From Tetramitus jugosus (taxonomy: Eukaryota; Protista; Heterolobosea): a DNA stretch of 64,000 nt. Below the pieces are notes generated by a model. It saw only the letters and a list, made by a program, of their open reading frames with translations, was not told the DNA's origin and did no database searches. A program made the translations under genes and the position numbers. The DNA is taken from the NCBI GenBank assembly GCA_937625935.1, contig OW569375.1, forward strand, positions 62,001 to 126,000, read 5' to 3'. Of the stretch, positions 63,142 to 64,000 are shown in pieces. How positions within the stretch are numbered: position 1 is the first letter of the stretch; each line of letters begins with the position of its first letter.

Positions 63142-63724
63142 ATGAAGAGAACACTTGAAGACAGGTAAGTGACTAGCTGTTTGTTTCGAAAGATGGATGA
63201 TTGATTTTTTGTGTCTTGTTCGTTCAATGTGTGTGACTTTGTATGCTCATCATTGCTTGTTTTTAACTGTCGATCAACAACAACAACAACAAAAACTTGA
63301 TACAAAAAATTATCATCGTCATCATGATTTGTCAAAACAACGTCGAATTGGGAAACATGATCACAGAAACACCACCACGACCACCACGACTACAATATCA
63401 AATAGTAACAATAACAACAATAACAACAACAACAATAGTAGCAGTGAAAGAAGAAAGAGAAGAAGAACAGCTGTTGCACCATCATCATCCACAGCATCAT
63501 CATCATCATCTCATTTGCACATTAGTGAACTGTTACCATCACCTTCATTGTATGATGCAATTCAGACGTTGCGTGATGATGATTTGCCATCCAAAAATCA
63601 ATTGCTTCATTATATTGAACAAGTAGAGAATGCAATTTCAAATCTGAGTGCAAGAGTCGAAGAATACAATTTTAATCATCAAAACAACAACCACAGTGAT
63701 CATCATCATCATCATGTGATCAAC

Positions 63725-63759
<35 letters not shown>

Positions 63760-64000
63760 TAATAGGAAGGATGAATTCAACAATAGTAATGACGATCAAC
63801 TGATACGCAACAAGAACAAAATTCAACAAATTTACTTTGAAAATCGGAAAAAGTGTCAAGAGGCATACAGTCAGTTTGATTCACTGCTGCCAGACAGTAT
63901 GCTACACTCATCTGCATCACCTGCTTCTTCTTCTTATTCTTTGTACAGTAGTGATGCAACATTGTTGGAGCCATTGAAACATGTGGGCAATTACAGTGAG
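63142..64000 (+). CDS. N/H/T-rich hypothetical protein, 3'-truncated; probable intron 63165-63366
   Basis: MKRTLED AG|GTAAGT donor; CACAG acceptor restores a frame open to the window end (RRKRRR NLS, polyN). Absent from the ORF track because it has no stop in the window. Confidence 0.65.
63724..63762 (+). repeat. (AAT)n repeat encoding polyN
   Basis: aataataat... seen directly. Confidence 0.85.

Noticed and set aside
1-64000. Alternative genetic code or general stop readthrough
   Set aside because: TAA, TAG and TGA all end conserved genes at the expected positions; only the GPx TGA has recoding support.
1-64000. CRISPR arrays, prophage or transposase/RT genes
   Set aside because: No spaced direct repeats or mobile-element domains were seen; repeats are coding trinucleotide tracts and the kinase duplication.

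Overview
Gene-dense, intron-poor nuclear DNA of a unicellular eukaryote. It uses the standard code (TAA/TAG/TGA all terminate genes), has short GT-AG introns and poly-Q/N/T tracts, and its intergenic gaps are often under 150 bp. PAS hybrid histidine kinases and an F-box expansion fit a free-living amoeba/amoeboflagellate such as a heterolobosean (inference only). About 36 protein genes and two tRNAs (Lys-CUU, Ile-AAU) are supported, including PEX19, RFC2, TMEM181, kinesin-14, KICS2, SF3B4, SF3B2, importin-9, PUS3, a Rad52-like protein, MED16, endonuclease V and PAQR. Main observations: (1) an F-box/Zn-finger protein starting with a compressed histone H3 tail (ARTKQS-GMTPRKQV; K9/S10 segment deleted, Met at the K14-equivalent) behind E2F-type sites; (2) a selenocysteine glutathione peroxidase with in-frame TGA and a readable SECIS, split by the ORF track; (3) two hybrid histidine kinases in inverted orientation ~21 kb apart sharing blocks of near-identical DNA; (4) a putative IPT/TIG-like regulator with a decayed tandem copy; (5) an HDEL-terminated serine carboxypeptidase with an EGF module. 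All family calls come from motif recognition by eye; no database searches were run.
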